DNA of 64,000 bases from Mobula hypostoma (taxonomy: Eukaryota): assembly GCF_963921235.1 (NCBI RefSeq), contig NC_086109.1:7194001-7258000 (forward strand), read 5' to 3'. Numbering within the stretch: position 1 is the first letter of the stretch; every line of letters begins with the position of its first letter. Shown here piece after piece: positions 39,001 to 51,780 of this stretch. The position numbers and the translations under genes are program-made. The notes beneath the pieces are model-generated. The model was given only the letters and a program-made list of their open reading frames with translations, was not told the DNA's origin and made no database searches.

Positions 39001-39568
39001 TACTCACAGACCACGTTATTAGGTACCTCTTGAATCTAATGAAGAGGCCACTGAGTGGATGATCGTGGTCTTCTGCTGCTGTCGCCCAACCACTTCAGGG
39101 TTCGATGCGCTGTGTGTTCAGAGATGCTCTTTTGCACACCACTGTTGTAATGTGTGGTTATTTGAGTTACTGTTGCCTTCCTGTCAGCTTGAACCAGTCT
39201 GGCCGTTCTCCTCTGACCTCTCTCATTAACAAGGCCTTTTCACCCACAGAACTGCCACTTACTGGATGTTTTTGTTTTTTGCACCATTCTCTGTAAACTC
39301 TAGAGACTTTTGTGTGAAAATCCCAGGAGACCAGTAGTTTCTGAGATGCTCAAACAATCCCATCTGGCACCAACAATCATTCCACAGTCAAAGTCACTTA
39401 GATCACATTTATTTCTGGTTCTAATGTTCGGTCTGAACAACAGCTAAATCTCTTGACCAAGTCGCATGTCTGTGTGCTTTTATACATTGAGTTGTTATGG
39501 CATGATTGGCTGATTAGATATTTGCATTGATGATTTGCAGGTGTTCCTAACAAAGTGGCCACTGAATG
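39001..39568 (-). mobile_element. Tc1-like non-autonomous element, copy 2
   Basis: Homologous to 5209-5770; TA at 38999-39000 and 39569-39570. Confidence 0.88.
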
Positions 39569-40294
39569 TATGCAGACAGTTCAAAAGACCAAAAGTTTGG
39601 AAGCATTTATAACTAACAAACAGAATGACAGGATCTTGCAGGAGTGTTCTTATAACCATGCCTAAGACTGATCCCTACTTGCTCTTTCAATTTAGTATGT
39701 TGAACAATCATTATTCAGATAATTATAAATTGCTTGATAATTTAAATAAATAAATTAAACACAGACAACTGTAAATCCCTTGGTACAATTACCATGGAAA
39801 CAGAGACTTTCAGTCTTTATAGACAATATCCAAAGATTGCCTCCCCTTCAGAAAGTGGGTCAGATCAGAAATTAAAAGAGAAATCATGTTCCCTTTGTGT
39901 CACCAGAAAATAAAAATCAATTCATTTGATTTTAATTCTGATTCCCTTTCTTGTACCGACGTGTTGATCCATGGCCTCCTCCTGTGCCAAGATGAGACCA
40001 CCCTCCTGATGGAGAAGCAATACCTTATATTGTCTGGGTAACCACCAACTTGACAGCATGAATATCAATTTCTCTTTCTGGTAAAAAAAAATTCCTCTCC
40101 CTCCCTCTTCTTCTATTCTCTATTCTGGCCTTTTACCTCTTCTCTCCTGCCTTTTACTTCGCCCTGGGCTTCCTCCTCCTCCCCTTTCCCCTATGGTCCC
40201 TCTGACTGGGCTTGTATGCCATCTTGGCTTGATAGCTAACTCGGCTTACAGCCATGCGACACAGCGGTGAGGATGCCACCTTTATAACAACATA

Positions 40295-42350
40295 TGTCTA
40301 GGGTCAGTATGGTTTGGTGTTCAACCATACAGGAAAGTTAGGATGTTCCGATTAATGGGACTTCGATTTGAGTGAACGCTGTGTAAATACTGCCCATGCA
40401 GAATTACCGGTCACCATGAAATGACAAGTCATACACCAGCATAAAATTATAAAGAAAGTATATTTATCAATTTCAGCTTTATCAGTTCTTAAGAGAATGA
40501 AAGGGTCCATTACAGTTACACCATTCTAAATGTGCACATGACTGTTGGAGCTCAGGTCTTCCCAAAAGCTGGGTATAATCATTACTCACGGTGCTGAATT
40601 CTCATCACTAATCACCGCTTGAACTTCCCATCTTGGACTCCTTTGTCTTGCAAAGCACTCCTTGCAATAGTGTCTTCCCGTCGGGACGAATTCTACAGCT
40701 GTCTTCCCCACTTTCTCTTCTCTGCATCTCCCATCAAAAGACCACGGACCTGACCACTGTCCATTGCAAATCTCTCTCCACCCAGTCCTCTCTAGAACCT
40801 TCTCCCAATCCCACCATCCTGATTGGCTGATACAACATTCCTAAATTGAACAACATGCTTCCTTATCTTTAACTGAAACCAAAGCATTCTACCAACAGAG
40901 CACAGTGGTTTTACAGAAAACTGCTAAAATGAAATATTTCACAGCATAGCAGTAGAAATCCTAACCAGGGAATTACATATCTCTCCCGCCCCCCATCAAA
41001 AATAGTCATGCTCTCATGACCTTGGAACTTATTAAACCATTATTAATAACACGGTAACCAAATGAATTTCCTGATTTAAGAACCACCCCTCCTCCCAATC
41101 AATTGATGGTAATATATCTCACTTTTGGGACTGACGCAACACTCTGTTTTCCCGGTGCATCATGTGCCAGCCTATCGGGGGTTGCCTGACTCCCTGAGAC
41201 CTTCTCATCTCATTCTCAGCCCCTTCAGTCAAGCACTCATAGCACATAGAAACACAGAAAACCTACAGCACGATACAGGCCCTTCAGCCCACAAAGCTCT
41301 GCCGAACATGTCCTTACTATAGAAATTACCTAGGGTACCCATAGCACTCTAGTTTTCCAAGCTCCATGTACCTGTCCAGGAATCTCTTAAAAGACCCTAT
41401 CAAATCGACCTCCACCACCGTCACCAGCAGCCCATTCCACGCACTCACCACTCTCTGCGTAAAAAAAACTTACCCCTGATATCCCCTCTGTACCTACTTC
41501 CAAACACCTTAAAACCGTGTCCTCTCATGCTAGCCATTTCAGCCTTGGGAAAAAGCCTCTGACTATCCACACGATCAAAGCCTCTCATCATCTTGTACAC
41601 CTCTATCAGGTCACATCTCATCCTCTGTCGCTCCAAGGAGAGAAGGCCGAGTTCACTCAAGCTTTCCTCATAAGACATGCTCCCCAATCCAGGCAACATC
41701 CTTGTAAATCTCCTCTGCACCCTTTCTATGGTTTCCATGTCCTTCCTGTAGTGTGGCGACCAGAACTGAGCACAGTACTCCAAGTGGTTTCTGACCAGGG
41801 TCCGATATAGCTGCAACATTACCTCTCAGCTCCTAAACTCAATCCCACGATTGATGAAGGCCAATGCACCGTATGCCTTCTTAACCACACAGTCAACCTG
41901 CGTAGCAGCTTTGAGTGTCCTATGGACTCGGACCCCAAACTCCCTCTGATCCTCCACACTGCCGAGAGTCTTACCATTAGTGCTATATTCTGCCATCATA
42001 TTTGACCTAACAAAATGAACCACCGCACACTTATCTGGGTTGAACTCCATCTGCCACTCTCTGTGGTTGTTCCTGCTTACTTGGGGATGCCAGCCCACTG
42101 TCCACCACTCGTGCCTTCTGGCAACTCAGATCCCTCTTCATTCCCAATTATATTGGAGCCCAGTTTCCCCTCACTACCTATCATCCCAGCTGCCTGCCCA
42201 CTGGTAGTTCTCCATCCTCCCTGCATCTGAGTCAGGGCTGGGAGATCCAGGAATCTCTCAATCAATTCTTGGGGAGTTTGTATTGGGTAACGTATACCAC
42301 ACCCCCATTCCCTCATCCTCAGAGTCCATACAGTATTCAGTGGTTGGGTC
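40295..42350 (-). mobile_element. Gypsy-like LTR retrotransposon remnant (integrase C-terminus, PPT, 3' LTR), split by a CR1
   Basis: Minus strand: acidic DSEDEGMGVWY (about 42280-42340), RRSQGVRQP-PDRL-like motif (about 41165-41210, frameshifted), polypurine tract (plus-strand ctctcccgcccccc, 40981-40994), then TGTAA LTR start at 40977. Far LTR end is uncertain. Confidence 0.65.
41245..42060 (-). mobile_element. CR1 3' fragment
   Basis: EWQMEFNPDKC...LQLYRTLVRNHLEYCAQFWSPHYRKD...GDIRGKFF. Confidence 0.9.
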
Positions 42351-42736
42351 ATTTTCAGGCCTTTCTGTGCAGAGCTCCCCTGCGAGGTGTGGACAGTACC
42401 TCAAGAAGGCAGCATCCACCACTCACAATCCAGGACACGTCCTCTTCTCGTTACTACCATCGGGGAGGAGATCCAGGAGCCACACTCAATGTGTTAGGAA
42501 AGGCTTCTTTCCTGTTGATATCAGATTTATGAATGGACAATGAACCTGTGAACACTGCCTCGTTGTTCCTTTTTTTAACACTATTTATTTATTTTGTAAT
42601 TTATAATAATTTTATATCTTTGTCCCTCCGGCAGTTCGTTTCTGCTCCAGATTTTGCCATCTGCATTCTCTCGTGTCTCCAACCCAGAGTCCAGGCTGAC
42701 TGTTGGCCTCAGGAGAGATTAATCCCTGTTTCCTGC

Positions 42737-44324
42737 AGATAAATCCCAGGGCCAGATGGTCTGCATCCCAGAGTGCTTAAGGAAGTGGCCCAAGAAATAG
42801 TGGATGCATTAGTGATAATTTTTCAAAACTCGTTAGATTCTGGACTAGTTCCTGAGGATTGGAGGGTGGCTAATGTAACCCTGCTTTTTAAAAAAGGAGG
42901 GAGAGAGAAACTGGGGAATTATAGACCGGTTAGCCTAACATCGGTGGTGAGGAAACTGCTAGAGTCAGTTATCAAAGATGTGATAACAGCACATTTGGAA
43001 AGTGGTAAAATCATCGGACAAAGTCAGCATGGATATGTGAAAGGAAAATCATGTCTGATGAATCTCATAGAATTTTTTGAGGATGTAACTAGTGGAGTGG
43101 ATAGGGGAGAATCAGTGGATGTGGTATATTTGGATTTTCAAAAGGCTTTTGACAAGGTCCCACACAGGAGATTAGTATGCAAACTTAAAGCACACGGTAT
43201 TGGGGGTAAGGTATTGGTGTGGGTGGAGAATTGGTTAGCAGACAGGAAGCAAAGAGTGGGAATAAACGGGACCTTTTCAGAATGGCAGGCAGTGACTAGT
43301 GGGGTACCGCAAGGCTCAGTGATGGGACCCCAGTTGTTTACAATATATATCAATGACTTAGATGAGGGAATTAAATGCAGCATCTCCAAGTTTGCGGATG
43401 ACACGAAGCTGGGTGGCAGTGTTAGCTGTGAGGAGGATGCTAAGAGGATGCAGAGTGACTTGGATAGGTTAGGTGAGTGGGCAAATTCATGGCAGATGCA
43501 ATTTAATGTGGATAAATGTGAAGTTATCCACTTTGGTGGCAAGAACAGGAAAACAGATTATTATCTGAATGGTGGCCAATTAGGAAAAGGGGAGGTGCAA
43601 CGAGACCTGGGTGTCATTATACACCAGTCATTGAAAGTGGGCATGCAGGTACAGCAGGCGGTGAAAAAGGCGAATGGTATGCTGTCATTCATAGCAAGAG
43701 GATTCGAGTACAGGAGCAGGGAGGTACTACTGCAGTTGTACAAGGCCTTGGTGAGACCACACCTGGAGTACTGTGTGCAGTTTTGGTCCCCTAATCTGAG
43801 GAAAGACACTCTTGCCATAGAGGGAGTACAAAGAAGGTTCACCAGATTGATTCCTGGGATGGCAGGACTTTCATATGATGAAAGACTAGATCGACTAGGC
43901 TTGTACTCTCTGGAATTTAGAAGATTGAGGGGGTATCTGATTGAAAGGTATAAAATTCTAAAGGGATTGGACAGGCTAGATGCAGGAAGATTGTTCCCGA
44001 TATTGGGGAAGTCCAAAACGAGAGGTCACAGTCTGAGGATAAAAGGGAAGCCTTTCAGGACCGAGATGAGGAAAAACTTCTTCACACAGAGAGTGGTGAA
44101 TCTGTGGAATTCTCTGCCACAGGAAACAGTTGAGGCCAGTTCATGGGCTATATTTAAGAGGGAGTTAGATATGGCTCTTGTGGCTAAAGGGATCAGGGGG
44201 TATGGAGAAAAGGCAGGTACAGGGTTCTGAGTTGGATGATCAGCCATGATCATACTGAATGGCGGTGCAGGCTCGAAGGGCCGAATGGCCTACTCCTGCA
44301 CCTATTTTCTATGTTTCTATGTTT
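42737..44324 (+). mobile_element. Young 5'-truncated CR1 LINE
   Basis: Contains the intact 485-aa RT/C-terminal frame and a (tttctatg)n tail. Confidence 0.95.
42773..44230 (+). CDS. CR1 ORF2 reverse transcriptase domain + C-terminus (TE-encoded, N-terminally truncated)
   Basis: Uninterrupted frame with NYRPVSLTS, DFQKAFDKVPH, GVPQGSVMGP, FADDTK, RPHLEYCVQFW. Confidence 0.9.
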   Translation: MLKEVAQEIVDALVIIFQNSLDSGLVPEDWRVANVTLLFKKGGREKLGNYRPVSLTSVVRKLLESVIKDVITAHLESGKIIGQSQHGYVKGKSCLMNLIEFFEDVTSGVDRGESVDVVYLDFQKAFDKVPHRRLVCKLKAHGIGGKVLVWVENWLADRKQRVGINGTFSEWQAVTSGVPQGSVMGPQLFTIYINDLDEGIKCSISKFADDTKLGGSVSCEEDAKRMQSDLDRLGEWANSWQMQFNVDKCEVIHFGGKNRKTDYYLNGGQLGKGEVQRDLGVIIHQSLKVGMQVQQAVKKANGMLSFIARGFEYRSREVLLQLYKALVRPHLEYCVQFWSPNLRKDTLAIEGVQRRFTRLIPGMAGLSYDERLDRLGLYSLEFRRLRGYLIERYKILKGLDRLDAGRLFPILGKSKTRGHSLRIKGKPFRTEMRKNFFTQRVVNLWNSLPQETVEASSWAIFKRELDMALVAKGIRGYGEKAGTGF

Positions 44325-45157
44325 CTTTATGGAACATAGAACACAGAGCAGTACAACACAGGAAAGAGCCCTTCTGCCAACAGTGTTGTGCTGAACCAAC
44401 TAAAAAGCAAATCAAAAATATTCAAACACTAATCCCTCCTTCCTACACCATGTTTTTATCCCTCCATCTTCCTCACATTCATGTGCCTATCTAAACGTTG
44501 CTTAAAAGCCTCTAATGTATTTGCCTCTACAGCCATACCAGGCAGCGCATTCCAGGCATACACCATGCTCTGAGTAAAAAACTTGGCCCTTGTATCCCCC
44601 TTGAAACTACCCCCTCTCACATTCAATGTATGCCTCTGGAATTAGACATTTCAACCGTGGGAAAAAGATACTCCCTGTCCACTCTATCTATACCTCTCAT
44701 AATTTTATTACCCTCCATCAAAGCTTATAATGCCTCTCCCAAAGGTGATCTGCTCTCCCTGCATCTGGTCACTGCTTCACCCATATTGTTTGGACGTCCC
44801 ATTACAGTGAAGCTTTCCTTGTGACTAAAGGAGCCGCTAGTTGTGAATCAGCGAGGCTCTGCTAATGTCAAGGATAGTTCTCCTTGGAGACACTTTGTCG
44901 GTGGATCATTCTGATATTTCTTAGACTCTCTAAGTAATAGGTTAACCTTCAGTTAACTCCTTTTCACATATTATTTTATTTTTTCTCTCATACATACTAC
45001 CATTCAACAAAAGCTACAATCCAGAGAGATTACGCTTTATTTATAAATATTCCTCAATGGAAATAAATGTTTGTCTGTGTATATGTGCCTGTGTGTATTG
45101 AATTGACTTTATTTCTTACATCCTTCACATACTTGAGGAGTAAAAATCTTTACATTA

Positions 45158-45605
45158 CATAGAACATAGAAATCGACAGCACAGTACAGGCCCTTCGGCC
45201 CACAGTGTTGTGCCAACCATGTTACCTACTCTAGAAACTGCCTAGAATTTCCCTAGTGCATAGCCCTCTATTTTTCTAAGCTCCATGTACCTATTTAAGA
45301 GTCTCTTAAAAGACCCTATTGTATCCGCTTCCACCACCGCTGGCGGCAGTGCATTCCACACACCCACGACTCTCTGTGTGAAAAACCTACCCCTGACATC
45401 CCCTCTGTACCTACTTCCAAGCACCTTAAAACCCCTCATGCTAGCCATTTCAGCCCTGGGAAAAAGCCTCTGACTATCCACACAATCAACGCCTCTCATC
45501 ATCTTATACACCTCTATCAGGTCACCTCTCATCCTCCATCGCTCCAAGGAGAAAGGGCCGAGTTCACTCAACCTATTCTCATCTGGCACTCTCTCCAATC
45601 CAGGT
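45158..45605 (-). mobile_element. CR1 3' fragment
   Basis: RMRGDLIEVYKMMRGVD...FFTQRVVGVWNALP. Confidence 0.88.
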
Positions 45606-46107
45606 TACGTCTCTGTCTAAATGTGCAATGTGCAATCATGGTAATTTATAATAATTTATAATAAACAGAACAGTCAATGTAACATAGAAATACACTCAGA
45701 CGAGCGGGAATTAATCAGTCTGATGGCCCGAAGAAGCTGTCCCGAAGCCTGCTGGTCCTGGCTTTTATGCTGTGGTACCATTTCCCCGATGGTAGCAGCT
45801 GGAACAGTTTGTGATTGGGGTGACTCAGGTCCCCAATGATCCTTCGGACCCTTTTAGAAACAGCTGTCTTTGTAAATGTCCTGAATCATGGGAAGTTCAC
45901 AACTACAGATGCGCTGGGCTGTCCGCACCACTCTCTGCAGAGTCCTGTGATTAAGGGAGGTACAGTTCCCATACTAGGCAGTGATGCAGCCAGTCAGGAT
46001 GCTGTCAATTGTGCCCCTGTAGAAAGTTCTTAGGACTTGGGTTCATACCAAACTTCCTCCACTGTCGGAGGTGAAAGAGGTGTATACTGTATGTGTGAGA
46101 GGGCAGA

Positions 46108-46138
<31 letters not shown>

Positions 46139-46644
46139 ATTTGCATGATGCATTGTGTGTAGTAAGCATGTGTGTACTGTATATGTTTGCATTTGTGCAA
46201 AATGTGCATCAGCCCGTGTGTACATGGACAATGCATGTGTATGCTGTTTAACATGCACAGGAGCATATCGGCTAGCATAATGCTTTACAGTGGCACTCAT
46301 TGCGTTTCAATTCCCACTGCTGTTTGTAAGAAGTTTGGACAGGTAGGTTTCCTCTGGGTGCTCCAGTTTCCTCCCAAAGTCCAAAGACGTACGGATTAGA
46401 CTTAGTAAATTGTTGGCATTCTATGATGGTGCCCTCGGTGAGGCAACCCTTGTGGGCTGTTCCTGAGCATACCATCGGATGTGTTGGCCTTTGACACAAG
46501 TGATGCATTTCACTGTATGTCTCGATGTTTCAAAGTACACACGACAAGTAGAGCTAATTTTCAATCTTTAATATGCGTGCAAAGTTTCACTGTGTACTTG
46601 ATGTAATGACTACAGATGTGGCTACGTGCAGGTAAGGGTGTGCT

Positions 46645-46687
46645 GGTGCGTGTGTGTGCGTGCGTGTGTGTGCGTGTGTGTGTCTGT

Positions 46688-46740
<53 letters not shown>

Positions 46741-46760
46741 TGTGTGTCTGCATGTGTGTC
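46645..46760. repeat. (TG)n-rich microsatellite
   Basis: Directly visible TG/CG/AG compound tract. Confidence 0.9.
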
Positions 46761-47329
46761 AGTGCGTGTTTTTTCAATACACGGGTATGTGTGCAATTTT
46801 ATCAGACTACAAATTATCAAATAGAAAAACAGTCCTAAAACTACCAGCCTGTTTTTTGTCTTTGGAGAAAGACCTTTTATTGGATAAACATGTGCCGAAA
46901 TTATTATGATCACATAAATCCAACAATATGAAGGTTTTGCTTGCCAGTCGTATTAAATCCCTCTGCAGGATTGCGATGCAGGCTGATTTTTCCATTAATG
47001 GTGTAATGTTTATCAGAGCATTTAGTAATGTCTGTCTGGTCCCCTGAAAACTGCTGAAATGCTGTCACTGACATTTAACAAATCCTCGTGGTTACTCCAG
47101 TGATGTTTATTTAGTCTCTGTTTTTCCATTTTTGATGTTTAGCAAAGAGTTTTGTCAGGCAGGTCTCTGTGCATTTTACCTGGGACCCATTTCAAAGGTT
47201 GTATATGGCTTCAGGGATATTCTCCGGTTTCCAAAGGTTCCATAAACTCCCTCACAGAAGCATTGACTGGGTCCAGCAACCTGCGTATGTCTGGTTTGGA
47301 GGAGCCACTGCGTGGGATCGGAGAGCTGC

Positions 47330-47716
47330 AAACTCAGCCACCTCCATCGTGGGCACTAACCTCCCCAGCACTGAGGACATCTTCAAAAGGCGAGGCCTCG
47401 AAGGGACAGCGTCCATCATGAAGTAACCCCATCTCCCAGGACATGCCCTGTTCTCATTACTACCATAGGGGAGGAGGTAGAGGAGCCTGAAGCCACACAC
47501 TCAGTGTTTTAGGAACAGCTTCTTCCCCTCCGCCATCAGAATGGACATTGAACCCACCCATGAACACTACCTCACTATTTTTTCTCTCTTTTTGCATGAC
47601 TTATTTAATCTAATTAATTTAATATATAGTTTTTTATTGTAATTAATTTTATATGCACGCCACAAAACAACAAGTTTCACTGCATACGTCAGTGATGATA
47701 CACCTGATTCTGATTC
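47330..47716 (+). mobile_element. Rex1/Babar-like LINE 3' end
   Basis: SIVGTNLPSTEDIFKRR..ASIMK; (ctgatt)n tail. Confidence 0.75.
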
Positions 47717-48659
47717 TCACAGAGCATTGAAATGCACAGTGTGGAGGGGAGGCTCTTTTCCGTGAGGTGCTGAGCAGTGACCACAACTCTCTGCAGTTTC
47801 TTGCAGTCACAGGCGGAGGAGTCGCCTTACCCAGCCATGATCCATTCAGGTAGGATTGGACAAAAGTTGATGATGGCCAATGGAGATATGACGCAATAGA
47901 GGCACCGGTGAACCTTCTTAATGGTGACCAGGACCAGGGGACGTTCACTGCTAAAAACCTGAAGATCTCAACCCTCTTGAACTTAGCACTGTTGATGTAG
48001 ACAGGAGCACATGCACCACCCACTTCCTGAAGTCAATCACCATCTCTGTTGATTTGCTGACATTGAGAAGTCTCTTGTCTGTCCTGATATGTCATGCTAA
48101 TCCCCTCCAGAACCTCTAAGCCTCATGTCTTCTAATCTCTGATGAGTACCGGATTTACATGTTTACTGTGCTGGCGACAGTCTTGCTACCCACCTCTCTG
48201 TGACCTGCAACACTGCATCGACTATTGAACTATACCTGAATAAAAACTCTCACTGTCCCTTTAACTTTCTGTCACTCAGAAGAATTCTTTGTATTTCTTA
48301 ATTGAATCAAACTCAAACTGTAAAGAAGGTTGCGCTCGCTTGGTGATTAATCCACTTTGGAAATCATTAAGCATCGGGTAGATAATCTTGTGGTCGCGGG
48401 CAGACCAGTTGCCATAGTAACCTGTGATGCATACAGATAGGCTGGTTTCTATGGTGCATCAATAAGCACTGATGAGGGTCAAAGGGGACTTGTCAAGTTT
48501 TTCTAGCCTTCTGAGAAGCCTCCTAGAAGTGTTTTTAGCCTCTTGAAATCTCCATCACCCTATGACCATGTATCTATTTGCTGATATATTTTTACTTAGA
48601 GATACAATGCAGAACAGGCCCTTCCGACCCAATGAGCCAAGCTGCCCAGCTCGAACATG

Positions 48660-48900
48660 ACATCATCATTTCGTGCCCTGTCATATGACATCGTCTTTAT
48701 GTGCCGTGTCGTATGGCATTTGTGATCATGATCTTTCCATGACCATGATTGTTCTTGGCAAATTTTTCTACAGAAGTGGTTTGCCGTTGCCTTCATTTGG
48801 GCAGAGTCTTTACAAGACGGGTGACCCCAGCTATTATCAATACTCTTCAGAGATTGTCTGCCTGGAGTCAATGGTTACGTAACTGGGAATTGTGATATAC
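48660..48900 (-). mobile_element. RTE-related SINE
   Basis: Minus strand has gaaggcaacggcaaaccacttctg...tttgccaagaa, similar to the BovB/RTE-derived segment of BovA- and Sauria-type SINEs; (tga)n tail. Confidence 0.55.
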
Positions 48901-50759
48901 ACCCCCTACGATGATGGAAATTCAAATGACTTGTGATGAATAAGGAATAAAAAATTGGGGTTTGAAAACTAAGTTTATTCAGAAATGTATGAAGATAATA
49001 AAACTATAACTGATGATGATGAAGACATTAATATATGACAGGTCTTGAAGTAATGTCTGATAGTGGAAAAGTCCTCCCCACCATTGAACAGATCTACAAT
49101 GCGCACTGTCACAGGAAAGCAGCATCCATCATCACGGGCCCCTACCATCCAGGCCACACTCTCTTCTCACTGCTGCCATCAGGAAGAAGGTACAGGAATC
49201 TCAGGTCCCACACCACCAGGTTCAGGAACAGTTATTGCCCCTCAACCATCAGGCTCCTGAATCAGTGTGAAAAACTTCACTCCCCCCAACTCTGAACTGA
49301 TTCCATAACCTATAGATTCACTTTCAAGGGCTCTACAACTCATATTCTCAGTATTATTTACTTACTATTATTTGTTTATTTTGTCTTTGTAGAGTTTATC
49401 TTCTTTTGCACATTGGTTGTTTGTCAGTCTTTGTGTGTAGTTTTTCATTAATTCTACTGAATTCCTTTGTTCTACTGTGAAAAATGAATCTCAGGGTAGA
49501 ATCAATGTACTTTAATAATAAACTTACTTTGAACTTCGTGAGAGCTGGGAGCTGAACTGAGAATACTTATAGTCGACTTCAGGACAATCCATCGAAGTTA
49601 CTGGGTAACAAGGGGAAGATGCGTCAATGGTTGGATACATCCATTTTGTGTGAGGTCGTTCCAATAAGCACAAATTCACATGGAGGTTGTGCTTATTGGA
49701 AATCAGTCATCCCAGCCGAGGAAGGGGAATGGAACCTATGGAGGGTGAATGAAGCTGAGAAGAAAGGTGGAAGTGCAGTCAGAGTAATGGAACTTCTTAA
49801 AACCAGCATTCCTGGATGAGACACCAGTGATTTCAACAGTAATCAATGTCCAAAATACTGCTGATGCTGGAAACACTCAGTGGGTCAGGCAGCATCTGTG
49901 GAGAAAGAAACAGAGTTAACTTTTCAATTTATTTTGGATTGCCAGAGCTTTGAACTGTTTGATTGCTAGTGTTCCTCAGGGGAGTGTCCTTGGCCCAAAC
50001 CATCTTCAGCAACTTCACATAGTCCTACTTCCAACATGAGGTCACAATTTGTATCATAGAAAGCTGTCTGGATGCATCACAGCTTGGTCCTGAACACAAG
50101 AAACTGAAGACACAGCCCACTAGCACTCCAGGGGCACCGGCTACTCTTCTCACTAGTAACACACACAAAATGCTGGAGAAACTCAGCAGGTCAGGCAGTA
50201 CCTGTGGCCGAGACCCTTTTTCAGGACTGAGAAGCAAGTTGCCTAAAGCAGATAACATAGTCAAAGACCCCACCCAACCGGAACATCCTCTCTTCTCCAC
50301 CCAAAAAAAGCCTGAAAGCATGCTCCAGGAGAGCTTCTACCACAGTCTATTATATGATAAGATGGACTCTTGACCTCATTATGACCTTACACCTCATTGT
50401 CTGCCTGCGCTGCATTTTCTCTGTAACTGTAACACTTTATAATTCATTTTGTTATTGTTCAACTCTGTCCTACCTCAATCCACAGTGTAATAAATTCATC
50501 TGTAAGAACAGTGTGTAAGGCACGTTTCTCACTGTAGCGCAGTTCATGTGGCAATAATGAACTAATTTACCCATTCACCAATTCATTTAGGCATGTTCCT
50601 AATTATTGCTCAATGTTTAATTCCATCCAGATAAAGCAGCCCTTGCTTGTGCAGTGAGATCTGGTGAACATTCAAGCCTTGGCTGAGAAGTGGTAAGTGA
50701 TATTTGTCCTGGAGAAGTGCCAGGCGATGATGGTCTCTAATGATTTATATGTCGTTAGG

Positions 50760-51140
50760 AGTTAGAGAAGACTTGCTATATCACCAAAGACTCTCGCATA
50801 TTTCTCCAGATGCACTGTGGAGAGCACTGGAACTGGCTGCATCACCATCTGGTCTGGAGGGGCCACCGCACAGGACTGGAAAAGTCTGCAGAAAGTTGTA
50901 AACTCAGTCAGCTCCATCGTGGGTGCTGACCTCCCCAGCATCGAGGACACCTTCAAAATACAATTCCGCAAAAAGGTGGCATCCATTATTAAGGACCCCC
51001 ATCACCCAGCATTGTCTGTCTTCTCATTGCTACCATCAAGGAGAAGGTACAGGAGCTTGGAGACGCACTCAGTGTTTTTGGAACAGCTTCTTCCTTTCCA
51101 CCATCAAATTTCTGAATGGACAACGAACCCATGTACACTA
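50760..51140 (+). mobile_element. Rex1/Babar-like LINE 3' portion
   Basis: TGCITIWSGGATAQDWKSLQKVVNSVSSIVGADLPSIEDTF..KKVASIIKDPHHPA..LLPSRRRYRSL. Confidence 0.8.
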
Positions 51141-51149
51141 CCTAGAGAT

Positions 51150-51780
51150 AGAATCATAGAAATGTATAGCATAGAAACAGGGCTTTCTACCCATCTACTA
51201 CCAACTAAACTGCCTAGTCCCATTGATCTACATCCAGATCATGGTCCTCCATACCCTTCCCATCCATGTACCTGCCCAAATTTCTCTTAAATGTTGAAAT
51301 CGAGCTCCAAGCACCACTTGTGATGGCAACTCATTCCATACTCTCTTGACCCTCTGAATAAAGAAGTTTCTCCAACATCTCACCTTTCACCCTTAGCCCA
51401 TAACCTTGGGGGCTTCCACCCAACCTCAATGGAAAAGGCCTTCTTGCATTTACCCGATCTATACCCCTCAAAATTTTGTATACCTCTATCAAATCTCCTC
51501 TCAATCTTCTACGTTCCAAGGACTAAAGCCCTAACCTATTCAATCTTTCCTTACAACTCTGGTTCACCAGTCCCGGCATTTTTCTTGTGATTTTTCTCTG
51601 TACTTTCAATATTATCTACATCTTTCCTGTAGGTAGGTGACCAGACCTGCACACAGTACTCCAAATTAGGTCTCACCAACATCTTCTACAACTTCAACAT
51701 AACATCCCATCTCCTGTATTCAATACTTAGATTTATGAAGGTCAATATGCCAAAATCTTTCTTTATGACCCTATCTAATT
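51150..51780 (-). mobile_element. CR1 3' fragment
   Basis: ERRRLRGDLIEVYKILRGIDRV. Confidence 0.85.

Noticed and set aside
43138..44016. Minus-strand 134-aa and 151-aa ORFs
   Set aside because: Antisense shadows of the CR1 RT frame.
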